In this document: piece by piece, positions 11,640 to 25,100 of the stretch
Numbering within the stretch: position 1 is the first letter of the stretch
Layout: each line of letters opens with the position of its first letter
Assembly (NCBI GenBank): GCA_050084985.1
Contig: JBITNC010000001.1
Span: 162,812,001-162,876,000 of the forward strand
DNA from: Nageia nagi
Lineage: Eukaryota > Plantae > Pinophyta
Length of the DNA stretch: 64,000 nt
Direction of reading: 5' to 3'
Translations under genes and position numbers: made by a program
Notes under the pieces: generated by a model
Seen by the model: the letters and a program-made list of their open reading frames with translations, nothing else
Databases searched by the model: none
Told to the model about the DNA's origin: nothing

Positions 11640-14600
11640 GAAATAGTTTGGTAAATATGTTTACTACTTATTCAAAAGTAGTAAAAAACTAAACTATACA
11701 TCTCCTTCAACAACTTTTTCTCTCATGAAATGATATATTATAGCCATATGCTTTGTTCGAGAGTGCATGATAGGATTTTTGTATATGCTAATAGCACTAG
11801 TGTTACCACATAGCAAGGGGATAGGCTCACTACAAATAATACTAATATCCTTTAGTGTTTGATTCATCCATAATACTTGAGTACAACATGATACTACCAA
11901 CATATATTTAGCTTTAGCTATGCTAAGGGAGATTGAGTCTTATTTTTTGCTATACCAAGCTACTAATTTGTCAACTAGATAGAAAGCACCACCACTTGAA
12001 CTCTTTCTATCATCTACACATCCTGCCCAATCAACATCCAAGTATTCAATTAGATTAAATTCCTTGCCTTTGGGATACCATAATCCAAACTCTATTTTCC
12101 CTTTAATATATCGAAATATTTTCCTAACTATTGTAACATGAGTTTCTTTTGGTTTGCTTGAAATCTAGCCACCATACAAATAGCTTACAATATGTTTGTT
12201 CTTGTTCTAGTTAGGTATAATAAACTCCCAATAATAGATCTATACATTATGTGATGAACTAATAGTGACTTATAATCCTTTTTGAGTTTACATCCAGTTG
12301 TCATGGGAGTGCCAACAAGCTTGTTATCTTCCATAGTAAACTTCCTAAGCATTTCTTTTACATATTTGACTTGAGAAATAAATAAACCTTTCTCTAATTG
12401 ATTTACTTGCATTCCTAGGAAGTATGATAACTCTCCACTCATATACATTTCAAAATCCTATTGCATTCTATGAGAAAACTCTTGACAAACATTATCTCTA
12501 CAACCTCAAAATATGATGTCATCCATATATATTACAACAATTAATTAATAATCTTATTCAGTCCAAACATAAAGATTATTTTCAATCATACCTTTCTTGA
12601 ATTTTTGCTACAATAAATAGTTGTCTAATCTTGAGTACCACACTCTTGAAGCTTTATTTATACCATACAATGCCTTTTTGAGCTTGCATACCATCTTTGT
12701 GTCTTCTACTAGTTGAAATCCATCTAATTTCTCTATGTACACTTCTTGTTCTAGTTGATCATTAAGAAATGTAGATTTTAGATCCATTTGATATAATTTA
12801 AAATGTTTATATATAGCTAAAGCAAAAATCATTCTTATAGTCTCTAATCTTGTAATGGGCATAAATGTCTCCTCAAAATCAATACCTTCTACTTGTGAAT
12901 ATCCTTTACACCAGTCTTGCTTTATTCCTCACTACTTACCCATCTTCATTTAATATATTTTTGAAAAAAATCATTTTTGTTCTAATTACATTCTTCTCTA
13001 GTGGTCTTGGCACTAGTTCCCATGTCTAGTACTTCTCAATTTGACTAAGCTCCCCTTCCATGGCCTTAATCTAGTGTTCATCTTGGCTAGCTTCCATGAC
13101 TATCTTGGGCTCATTAATAGAAAATAATGAATAGTTTATTTATTCATGCATTTTTCCAAATCTTCTTTTTATTTGTACACCAACATGTGGATTACCTATA
13201 ATAATATCCTTTGGGTGATCTTTCTAAACATTTTCTATTGGGGTTTTTCAAGCACTTTTTTATTATTCTTCTTCTTCCTCTTCCTCTGATTCATTCTACA
13301 CTATAATTTCATCATAGGTGGGGCATTGTTCTTCTTGGTTAAATGTTGGAATAGTCCCTTAATCCACCTTCACATAAACAATCTCCATAATTTTTCTTAG
13401 CCTTTTTTTATAACAATTTTATGCTTTACTCTTAGATGAGTATCCAAGAAATATTCCCTCATCTTCTCTATCATCAAATTTGCCTAGATTTGCTTTAGTA
13501 TTCTTTATATAACATTTTCTATGAAACACTTTGAAATGCTTAACTATAGCTTTCCCTTCAAACCATAGCTCATAAGGTGTTGCATTTGTGTGAGGTTTGA
13601 GCATGTATCTATTTTGTATATACACAACAATGTGAATAGCCTCTTTTCAAAATATATCAACAACCTTAACTTCACTTAGCATTGTTGTAGCCATTTCTTG
13701 AATAGTTTTGTTCTTTCTTTCTACTACATTTTTTGTGGCATTTTTGTTACAAATAATTGCCTTTTGATGCCATACTTTTCACAATATTGAGCAAATTCTT
13801 CTGAATTAAGTTCTCCTTCTCTATCAGACCTGATACATTTTATCTTCTTGCCACTTTAATTTTTTTCCTGATTCTTGAAGATTTTGAACATTTAAAATGT
13901 CTCTGTCTTATGTCTCAAAAATAGAACCAATAGAACCCATACCATCCTTGACTAGTAATCAATAAATAGTATGAAATATTTGTATCCTTGTACACTCTAA
14001 GTTCTTATCGGATCACATAAATTAGTATTAACTAGCTCTAGAGGCTTGTTGTTGAAGTATTATTTTGATTTAAATGAGGTTTTGGTTTGTTTTCCTTTTT
14101 AGCAAGATGAAAATATACTATTTGTAGGCTTAGATATATCAAACATATCTCTCACTTCTTTATTTTCACTAATTTTTGCTAAGTTATCAAAGCTAATATA
14201 CCCAAGCCGTATATGCCATAACTAGCTCTCATTTTCTTGACCTAGGAAACAAGAGCCTTCAATTATATTGATAAGAGTATATAGGTTCCTAGTCATTCTA
14301 GCACCCATTCCTACTAATCTTCCACTCTTATCTCTTCTTATATCACAACCATTCTTCTTAAATATAACATTATTTCATTTATCATAGATCTAACTGATAC
14401 TTAGCAAGTTATGCTTTAGACCTACTACAAATAGCAAATCTTCAAATTTAACTCCTTTGATTTCTCCTAAATTTACTATTCCTTTTCTCATAATTTTGGC
14501 TCCATCATTATTACCAAATTTTATCAATTCTCCTTCATATTCTTACATATTTGCAAAATTCTTTTTTTCTCCAATCATGTGTTTAGAGCACTCACTATCT

Positions 14601-16647
14601 AAAATCCATGGTTTAACTTGATTTTTAACCTTTAAGGTTGTTTGGACAATTAAATATTTCTTGCTCTCATCTTTCTCTTTTCCTTTTTCAACCCATTTCT
14701 TCTTAGATTTAGCTTCTTGCATAGATGTTATTTTCTCTTCCTTTAGTTGTGGTTGCAATATTTTCTTTATAGATGGCCACTTTCTCTCATTTTGAAACTA
14801 TTGTTTGGGTAAATTTATTGGCTTGCTTCTACATTATCAATAATAAGTCTTGCAAAGTATCAAAATAGTTATGATGTATGAATTTGACCTATCTATTATT
14901 CATTCTATAGTCATCTTTCTTATGACCAAACTAATTACACTTAAAATAGTATCCCTAAAAAGTATAATTGCTAGAATAATAATAACCAGCATAAGGATTA
15001 TACGACCTATTTTGCTAATAATAGTTGTTAATGGCCCTCCTTAGTGTCTCCCTTGATCATCTTTCAACTTTAATGAATCCTTCATCATTATTTTCACTCT
15101 TCCCATTTGAATGATTGGTATCTTGTTGAGTTCTTGGATGATTGATATTGTATTGGCTATTTATTTTGACATGATCTTCTTTTTATTTGAGTTGTTGATT
15201 CTTCATAGATTACTTAGAATTGGTTTTGATACATCCTTCATATGTCAAGCTTGGAAATTCTCTTGATTCAAATCCCAAACCAAATTTTATGTGTGAATCT
15301 CTTTGCGATTGAAGAAGTTCATCTAGCCTCTCTCCCCTTTCTAACAATTTGTAATTAGTCTTTACTTGGTAAATTAGATTTTCAATTTTGAGTCAGCCCA
15401 ATGATTTCTTCCTCATATTTTTGAAAAACATTTATTTATCCAGCTAGCTTATCTTGCAATGACTCTTCAATTACTTTAGCTTTGTCACCCTTAACATTGA
15501 GCTATTCAATTGTAGCATTTACCTCTTCAAGATTCTTTTTCAGCCTCTTATCCTTTTTCCTCTCAATATCCAAATCATATAAGGTTGATATTATCTCCCC
15601 TTAGAAATTGACCACTACCTGTAGCTCTTCCACATCATTTCCATTTCTTATCTCTAATCCATTTCCACTAATTTCTTCTACTAGAAAAAGTGATTCTTGT
15701 TGTTCTTCTTGAGCTTCTTCATTCATGCTTTTATCATTTTCACTTTCATAGTCTTGAGTTAAAAAGCTCTTCTTCTTAGAGGTAGTTTTCCTAATCTTTT
15801 TATCATATTGATTTTTATTATCCTTTTCTTTGTAGGGATATATGCTACCAAAGTATCTTACTCCACCATAGCTAAAATATTTAAATGGGAGCTTTCCTTT
15901 ATATTTTCCTCAACCGTATCTTAATATTCTGATAACATTAGACTCTTCTAAGTTTAATGAATTTGCTAACTCATATTTAGATTTCTCTTTGATATTATTA
16001 GAGAATTTGAATCCAACTTAATGATCAACAATTTTTTCTTTTTCAATCATCATTTCATAGGTTTTAAAAGACCTGTGTAGTTCATCTAAGTTAAAAGCAT
16101 TGAGATCTTTATCTTCCTCAATCACTAAAACTTTTGAATCAAATCATGGAGAAAAAGATCTAAGCACTTTCTTGAAAAAAAAAAAAAAAATCTTTGATTT
16201 CCTCTCCAAATCCTCAAATTATAGTGATTACTTCATTTAACCTTAGCATATATGAGGTTTCATCCTCTCCTTCATTCACTTTTAAACTTTCAAATTGGGT
16301 TTTAATTATTTGCATCTTTGCCTCTTTTATTTTTACATCACCATCATGAATATTCTTTAGTTTATCCCATATTTCCTTTGCACTCTTGCATCCCATAAAT
16401 TTGATGAGTTCACTATCAACCATCCCATACATGATGGCATTCTTCACCTTAGAACCATTCACAAATAGCTTTTTCCTAGCTGCATCTACAGGAGGAGTAG
16501 TAGGATCCATGTATTCATTAGTAACTACTTCTCATACATCATAACCTAGGTGCTGAGGTAGGTTTGCATTTTGATCTTCCAATAAGCATAGTTTGTACCT
16601 TCAAATACAAGTACTTTTTAAGATGAGAATCCTTCACTACTTGCCAT
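11640..16647 (-). pseudogene. Copia gag-pol of element A (many stops and frameshifts)
   Basis: ATG at 16647 gives MASSEGFSS*KVLVFEGTNYAYWKIKM. Other segments are gag SAKEIWDKLKNIHDGD (16214-16510), protease WILDSECSKHMIG (14543-14758), integrase TPYELW..KCYI..KFDDR.DEGIFLGYS (13419-13625), RT YQMDLKSTFLN..KLKKALYG and MSGELSYFLGMQV (12185-12862), and RNase H CGNTSAISIYKNPIMHSRTKH (11694-11903). An A16 run at 16175-16190 disrupts gag. Confidence 0.93.
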
Positions 16648-16710
16648 GATTCCACTCCTTGAATCTTCTTAATCAATTAGACCTTATAGGAGTCTAGCTT
16701 TGATATCAAT

Positions 16711-18968
16711 TATTGATCTAGTGGAGACACTAAGAGTGGAGCGAATTAGTGTATTTTGAAAATTTCAAACTTATTTCAAAGATAAAACTAATTAACAATC
16801 AATATGAAATTAAAGCACACATTCAAGAAGCATTCAACATGCAACACCATATTTATAATGGAAATCTAATATGGGAAAAACCACTATGTCAAATGGAATG
16901 CTTGATCTCCCAATCAAATCCATCCAAAATGGTTGACCTCTTACAATGTTGAATAGAATCCACTATCATGATTAGCATCCACTAACCCTCTTTTGCAAAA
17001 ACCACTGCAAAGAAATTACAACTTTTGACTAAGCACCCACTTAGGTTTTTCAATTATCATAAAAAAGGTGACATATAAAATACCTTCACTATTATAGAAT
17101 ACTCAATGATTAAATTTCATACAATCTACTTTTTTGCTTCTTTTCTCCTTCACACTTTTTACAACATACTTCTCTTCTCCTCTCTATATTTCTTATTTCT
17201 CCACTCTACACCTTCTTATAATTACAACAACTGCAATCATTTTAGTCACCTTGCAACCTTATATCCATTTACAATTCTTTCTTCCTTTAGGTTGCATGAT
17301 GATATCTACTTCTAATTGGTTGAATGCATTGGCTATACATTTTTTACTACATGAAGTAGTGGATGGAGTATCACACATTTTCCTTCTTAAGATTTGACTC
17401 CCTTTTCCATATTTTCTTTTGGCTTTCATGGTTTTATCATTGGTTGTGTAACCACCTTCATCATCACATAAGGCCTTTAACAACTACATAAGTTCTTCTC
17501 TAATCACATAACAGTTCATGCCTCTACACAAACTTCATCTTATATAATGTGTCACTTGTATATATAATGCATGCTTTCTCCAGATAATCATCATGTTCAC
17601 CATATAAAGTTCCTCTTCTTCACATATCTAATTTGGTCTTTGCATAATGTAGGTTTCCATTGCATAAGGTTTTGGTTATCTACATAACATCAATCTATTA
17701 TTCATAATGTTTGGACTCTCTGCATAAGGCTTGAACCTTCTACATAATGCCTCTAGTCATCTCTAACAAATCTCTACATAATCTTATCTCTATTTGCATA
17801 GGATACTCCTCTACATAGGACCTCACTTCTTCGCATAACATCATTCCTCTCTAAATAAGGCTCTATATCTTCACATAATCCTAATTTCTTATGTACAATA
17901 CCTATCTAAATAAGTATTTAACCATTTGCATTCTCCTTGAGGTAATCTGTATCTAAACCAAGTCATTCCATAGTGTCTTTTGAAGAGTTTGTACTTTGAA
18001 AGGCAAAGAGATCATCACTTTGAAAGGCAAAGAGATCATCAAGCTCATCTGCATTCTAGAAATACATGTGATAAGGGAAATATGTACTTTAGAAGGTTTT
18101 GACATCATAATATTTCTCTCCACATCAAAAACTTAGAAATGTAAAAGAAATATGCACTCTAAAAGGTGTTAATGTCATAGGGTTTCTTTGTATCTCAAAA
18201 ATACTGTAATACATGGAATATCAACACTCTAAAGATCATTGATTCCATAAGGTTTCTCCACATCTAAATTCACATTTATTTACATAAGCATTAAAGCCTC
18301 TAAATAAAGCTTCATTTCTCAGTAAAATACTAGAATCTTCCATATAATATTTGTACATGATGGCATCATCACCTTCACTACATCATTCTTTCGACCATAT
18401 TCAACATGCATGAAAAAGATTGAAAATCCAATCAAATACCAACATAGATGTCATTCATGCATGCTAGGACTAGATATCTCTTAAACATACAATCCAAAAT
18501 ATCATCTCCCTTTTAGAAACTAAATCTTTCTCAATGCATAATCTTGTATGATTATGGTGGAGATCTGGCATAATTAGAGTAGTTGAACTTTGCCAAAATC
18601 ATGGTAAAATATAATATGTTATGTTATGGCCATTTTAACATTGTTTTGATTATGATGGAGATATAACAAAATTAGAAAGGTAAGCTTTACCCAAATGATG
18701 ATAGAATAGAATAAGTTATTTTAAAGCAAATTCCATTAGAAAGTGTATTTTCCTCTTCATTTGAATTACACAAAACTCCAACAAAATCTTGCCAATAAAT
18801 ACTACCAAAACTTTGGCAAAATATGTTCCTCCTCTTAGACATATGGTAAACATTCTCATACATATTTCAACATGACTAAACTTGATTCCTTTTGATATTG
18901 TGGCATATGTATAGACTCCTTTGATAATAATGATAACACCAACACAAGCAATAAGCATATGGCCAACA
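16711..18968 (-). repeat. 5' LTR of element A
   Basis: Pairs with 9120-11391. It carries a private perfect 24-bp tandem duplication (17993-18016/18017-18040). Confidence 0.92.
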
Positions 18969-20553
18969 TGTTGATCTATGTTGATGTTTGTATGGTTATC
19001 ATTGTTATCAAAATGCATGCTCATTCCATAATATCAAAGAATACCAATAGAGGAAGATTTTTGATGTCAAAGGAGTAACAAGAAAAAAAAAATTTAAGTT
19101 TTGACAGTAGTTATAGGTATCTCGATTTGGATGGCCTTGTCAAAATCAAATGCTAAAAAAAATGAAGTTATCTAATTTCTCTATTTTTTTGCCAAAATTT
19201 GGTTTTCTCTACTCTATCAAATCTTTTCCAAAATTGAATGATTCAAAAAAGGGCTAAGTATAACATTATTCTATCTTTTTTCTATTTTTAAAAAAAAAAT
19301 TCTATTCCAATACTACTTGATCTTTGTCAAAATCAAATGACACAAAAAATAGCTAAGTATAATATTATTCTATTTTACTTCTATTTTGTCAAATTTTTTA
19401 TATTCCAATACTACAGAATCTTTACAAAAATTAAATAAAGTTATGCACTATGACAAGGGCATATGTGAATAGAGAAAGACTTTTTCAGAAATATTCCAAA
19501 GGTAGCCAAAGGTGTTATGTGATAGTAAATAAGCTTATGCAGAGGTAACAACTCTCAAGTGATGAAGATAGCCCTTATGTAGAAAGCACAAATCGTATGT
19601 AGCGGATCAATGTCATATGTGGAGAAGAAAGTGTTTATGCAACTAATGCAAGGTTTATGCAGAGCTTACAATCCTTATGTAGAGAATGACATGCTTATGT
19701 AGATAAAACTAGCCTTATGCATAGAAGAATAAGATTATGTGAATATATAGAGCCTTATGCAAAGAGAAATGATATTTTTGAGTGCCTACATGCATGCAAA
19801 GTATTAGATTTAAATGGTAGTACAATGAATATGATTAGCTATCATATTAATTATGAACATCATGTAGTAACAGTTGAGGAAGTGATCACTCTCATTGAGA
19901 AGATGAGTAACTAAAAAATAGTTACAATATTAACATGTTAGTCATAGACATCTGGAGCTAATGAAGGTAAGTGTATGAGTAACTATCGATCATGTAATCA
20001 TGGGTTTGCATGCACATTGAAGTGTATGCTAATTGTGGCTTGATGAAGTGAGTGTCAAGGGTATCTATTTATATTAATTGGCATTGGAGTGTTGAAGTAG
20101 TGTGGGTATATGAGAGAGGTGAATGTTGTCAAAATAGACATTATATATCAAAGAGGTGAATGTTTCTAGAATAGTGATTGAATATCGAAGAAGGTAATGC
20201 TACCATTGAGACAAACTAATTACATTGTCAATTAGGGCAACATGATGGCTATGGAGATCATGAATACCTATTTTTATAATTGGGTGTGTGTAGTTTACTA
20301 AACTAGACCATTGAGGGTCTTCTAAGATAGAGTTGGCAAGTTGGGATGGATTTGAACCATGATCCAAGCAGTCTTATTTAGGGATGTAGCCAAAATGATG
20401 AACCTCATTATATATAGTGTTATGTGATGTTTTCTTGATGTTCTTGGTTTGTTTTATTTTAATTCTTATTGCATTGATTTTAAGCACTCAAGATTTAAGT
20501 TGAAACTTTAAAATATTGATTCACCCCCTCTCAATTTCATTGTGTCACTAACA
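18969..20553 (+). repeat. 5' LTR of element B
   Basis: Pairs with 37630-39355 (12 mismatches in the 60-bp sample from 19921 vs 38580). It has ~100-bp sub-repeats at 19190-19440 and ttatg(c/t)-core repeats at 19450-19770, and lacks a segment present at about 39000-39140. Confidence 0.88.
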
Positions 20554-20619
20554 ATTCATATAAGAGCTAGATCCATGAAAGATAAGCTTAACCAACTTAG
20601 GGAGATCTTGGATTAGTCA

Positions 20620-22020
20620 TAATAGAAAAGAGAAAAGTAAAAAAGAAGGCTTTCAAATCTACTCATGTTTGGACAAAGAAAACAAAAGATGAAATATTAT
20701 CCATAGCCTCTAAGATATAATAAATTGTTCATCCAAATCAAGAGATACAAGTTGTAGTTGACCTTGGAGGAGAGCTCATAGCTACTCTTGAAGACTTGGA
20801 TGCTGAAAGAAGGAAGAATAAAATACCTTCTAAGAAGTTAAATGAATATGGAGATAAATTTAAATATTTATGTATACAACTTCAACAAGTTAAGAAGACA
20901 CAAGCTTATATCAATAGTAAAGTCTATAGCATATCTAATGAAGAGCTTGCCATCTTGAAGATATAGTTGGAAGTAACCTTGGCAAAGGAAAATTCCTTGA
21001 GATTACATGTGGAATAATGCAATATGCATGAAGAGATAGCAAGAAAATTTATTTAAGATCTAAAGCTACAAATGGAAGATGCCACCACATTGAAGATAAG
21101 GGAGAAAAAAGTATCCTATAACAAACTTGAAGAAGAGATTATTTTATTGAAAAGGAAATTAGATGAGGCTATTAAAAAATTGATAACCAACCTCAAGTTT
21201 AAGAAGAGCACTGAGATTCTGAATGACATGCTAAGATGGCAAAGATACCCCAAGATTAAGTATGGTCTTGGATATGATGCAAAACAACCTTCATCCTCCA
21301 ATGTTGTAGATAAGAAGAGTTTAGATGTTGCTAGCAGAAGGAAAAAGGAGAAAGAGGTTGATTCATCAAAGCTACTGGAAAAAGATAAACAAGTTGAAAA
21401 GAAAGGTGAAAATAATCCATTGAAGTAGAGAGGACCTACACCACACCAAAATAAGTAAAAGAGATTTTATCCATCTCATCCTATCAATAATAATGTATTT
21501 TATGGTTATTATTTTAAATGCAATCAATAGGGACACAAGGTAGCAAGATGTAGAACACATGTCATGTATAGAAAATCTATAAGATAAGGCTCTTTTTTAT
21601 CTATGGTAGATGATAATGTGAAATGTTATAGATGCAATTAATTTTGTTATAAGGTGGCTAATTGTGAACTATATATTAGATCAAATAATTATGATCATAG
21701 AAATACTTTTGCTTATTTGATTGATTATAATGTAAAATATTTTAAATGCAATAATAATGGACACATAGTAAGATTTGGTAGAAAGCCTCTTACATTTAAT
21801 AGGTGGCAGGATAATAGATTCCATCAACCATAGAGAAGACAATAGAGAAAAGGAAGAAACTATTATAAGCATCAAAGAATGAAGAATGAAAATTTTTTGA
21901 AAATGCAAATAAGACAACCTCTAAGGAGAAATAACCTGTATGCTAGAGAAGACAAATCCATACCCAGACATAGGAAGGTATGGAGAAAGAAAATAATGGA
22001 GGGAGCTTGTTCCATTGGCC
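20620..22020 (+). pseudogene. Partial copia gag (coiled coil plus CCHC knuckles) of element B
   Basis: VVVDLGGELIATLEDLDAERRKNK (about 20750) parallels A's gag near 15560-15620. ORF 21072-21428 contains KFKKSTEILNDML..QRYPKIKYGLGY. Knuckles include FYGYYFKCNQ*GHKVARC and VKCYRCN. No recognisable INT/RT/RH follows apart from an ELVP-like remnant near 22005. Confidence 0.7.
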
Positions 22021-22106
22021 AATTGATTAATTCTATAAAATAAATGGGAGTGATCACACTTCCACACCATTAACAAGATTAATGGTAGCATATCCTTTGA
22101 GGGAGC

Positions 22107-25100
22107 TGTAACAACCCATCCAATTGCACTATTAAGACTCAAGTACTATCGAAGATTATAATGAGATTAAATTTGAATTATGTTAAGTGATAACTAATTT
22201 TGAATAGATATATACTTTATTTGTGGTAGTTTGATGTTGGATTTGAGATTTATGACATAGGTTATAGCTTGACTCAAGATGGAAAATGTGGATAAAGACC
22301 CAAGGGACCAACGGTGTGTTGGTCATGGGAACGAAAGGGTAAGAGAGAGGAAATGATTGATATTGGTTCACTAACAATTCCTAATGATCATCATAGATCA
22401 TTTATATGCATAACACAACTATTAAACATGATTATCAATTTTGATAATGAATGTGTGGATGTGTTTGTGTACTAATGACTTTACCATGCAGGACGAAGGG
22501 ATCATTGTAGGTAAAATGATTGTTAAAACTTTTTTATGCATTTTTGAAATTTATTTCAAAAGAGGCAAGGAATATTTTATTCTTTTGAATTCAAATTTTT
22601 ACTTAAGGTTTTTAATAAAATGGGGTGAAATTTAAATATGATAGTAAAAAAGGACTATTACCACTTTATGGATGTTATAATGGTATTCTGGTAAGTTATG
22701 AAAATAAATGAGATAGAATCCCCACCTACCTTGTTTCTTTATGTTAGGTGTAGGAAATAATTGGCCTTAATTTATAAGCTAATATAAAAGATTCCAAAAT
22801 ATTTTATGTCACCACACTTGCCAATAAATTTAATTTAGACCCACCTCACATAAAAAAATAAAATACTTACATCTTCCCCATAAAAATTATTGAAGGGGAT
22901 GAGTAAACATTTATTTGGAACTATTATAGCCACCTTGGATATAAATAAAGGGTGGAACCTTAGTAAAACTACACTACCACACTATTAATTTAATTCATCA
23001 TTCATAAGCTTTGGGTCTAAAGCTCCATGGAGAAGAGAAGCCTCTCCCCCTCTCAAGTTTAAGTGCTTTAGTTTTTGCATTTTAGTTAATTCCTAGCTAA
23101 GATATGGATTCATTTGATATTATTTGGTATGTTTTGATGAAAAATAATACTTGATGAGGTTAATTACTATAAATAGTAGTATATTTCTTGAAGACACATT
23201 ATTTTTTTTATTTGAAAGTCTACATGGGAAGCCTTGTCTCTATAGTTAAAATAAGGTATAGTTTAATATTTGTATGCATTATTCTTATGGTGGGGTTACA
23301 TATTTTATTGATAGGATAATTTCTTTTATTGGTGAACAAGACTATTGTATGTGCTCTTCATGCCATGAATACTCTCAAGGAAGTCTACTTAAGCATTATC
23401 TTAAGAAATGCCCTTAGCTTTATGTCATCCTCATAGGCATTCTAGCAAGTTCTTCTCATCCTTTTTTTTTAAGATCATGGAATAGCATAAGAAGAAGGCT
23501 TGAGAATATGTTTACATTGTATGCTTCTCCCCCATGATGGCATTGAGACCTATTACCTCACCTAGATGGATTTTTAATCGATTGGGAATGCCATTATGAG
23601 ATTAGCTCCCACTCATTTCCATTATGGAAGGAGTGAAGTTGAGGGAGGTAATTAAATATGATTCCCTTCCACCTAACCCATAATCAATTTTTTTATGGTT
23701 TATTCCTCCAAGAATAATTCACTTTATTACCATTCAATCCAATTCCTATGCTCACACATTCTTGGGTATTTGAAACTAGTAGGATAGGGGTCACCTTTCT
23801 TATGGGATCATTTGGGAAGCCATCTCCTGCCATAAGTAATACTTTTCTTGAATTCCTATCATATGAACCCCCTCTCCTTTCTCTACATTCTCTTTAAATA
23901 TTTATGCCATTGGATAATATACAAGATCTCTAAGTTATGTTGATAGATTACCACTCTTGACAAGATCTATACATTGTATTCTGATTATGAGTCATGCTCA
24001 AGCACTAAAGGTGAATTTACCATTTCCTAGCCTCAAATGAACTCAATAGTTGAGGTACTATTTCACTAAGGGGTAGTAATATGATAAGGTGAATACCTTT
24101 AAATCTAATGTTCTCCATCTTTGTAATCAATACCTCTTAAAATTATTCAAGGAGTTGAACACTATGGGTAGTGCTAAGTAATAGGGAGGATATTCATCTA
24201 ATATAGGTAACACCAAGTAGTAGGGAGGTTGTCCATATACTATGGGTAGCACCAAGTAGTAGGGAGGTTGTCTATCCACTACAGAAAGCACCAAGTAATA
24301 GGGATATTGTTAACTAAGTAATAGGGATGTTTTACATCAAGTAATAGGGATGCTTTTTGGCCAAATAGGTGGTATACTGTGTCTCAATTAGAAGCCTTTC
24401 CAAAGGCATTACCATGAGACCACAGTCATTAATCCTTAATCACCCAAGGCTTCATGATGCTCTATATTTGGTCTAATATATTGGTATTTTAAGAGAATTT
24501 GGTTCAACCAAAGTTTAATTGAATTTTGTTTAAATCCACCTCAATGATGAATATCATAGTAGAGCTTGCATTAAAAATTGGTCTGGTGTGAAATTGTTGA
24601 TAAAATGATAGTCTAATGTGATTAATACATCATTAGAATTATGAATGTATGGTATGGTCATAATATTTATGTTACTTTAGCTTTTATGTAATTACGAAGG
24701 TGTTGATTTATCTAGGTTTAGTATGTAATATCATGAGTTTCCAAGCATTAATAGAATGAAAATAAATAAATTTCATGATGAATTACAAATATTATAATAT
24801 GAAAAGCTAAATTTCATGTGACCAAGGAAGGGAGGAAGTCCTGGAGAGGACCTAAAACATCCTCAGGTTTGTAGAATGATTTTAAAGGAATGAGATGTCA
24901 TAAGTAAGAAGAGGGTTGTCCTGATCCTTAAACTCCTAAGCTTTCTTAGTACTCAAGTCAATACTTTTGGGTCCTTAGGAGTAGCTCAAATATGAAGGTG
25001 AAAGAATCTACATCACAAGGATGAGATGCATTGAATACCCTCTAGATCAAAGTTGATGTATTAACCATACATTTGTTCATTTAAAATATGTAAGGTAACC

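Larger units (their letters stand above)
9120..18968 (-). mobile_element. Element A: full-length decayed Ty1/copia LTR retrotransposon with Sirevirus-like hallmarks
   Basis: LTRs are 16711-18968 (5') and 9120-11391 (3'). PBS-iMet (attgatatcaaagc) lies at 16696-16710, two AGGGGGAG PPT motifs at 11394-11401 and 11446-11453, and the TSD is tgttt/tgttg. Domain order is gag-PR-INT-RT-RH. A gymnosperm-specific copia lineage cannot be excluded. Confidence 0.92.

Noticed and set aside
11400-11640. Sirevirus env-like ORF in element A
   Set aside because: Only about 240 bp separate RNase H from the PPT and nothing recognisable is encoded there.
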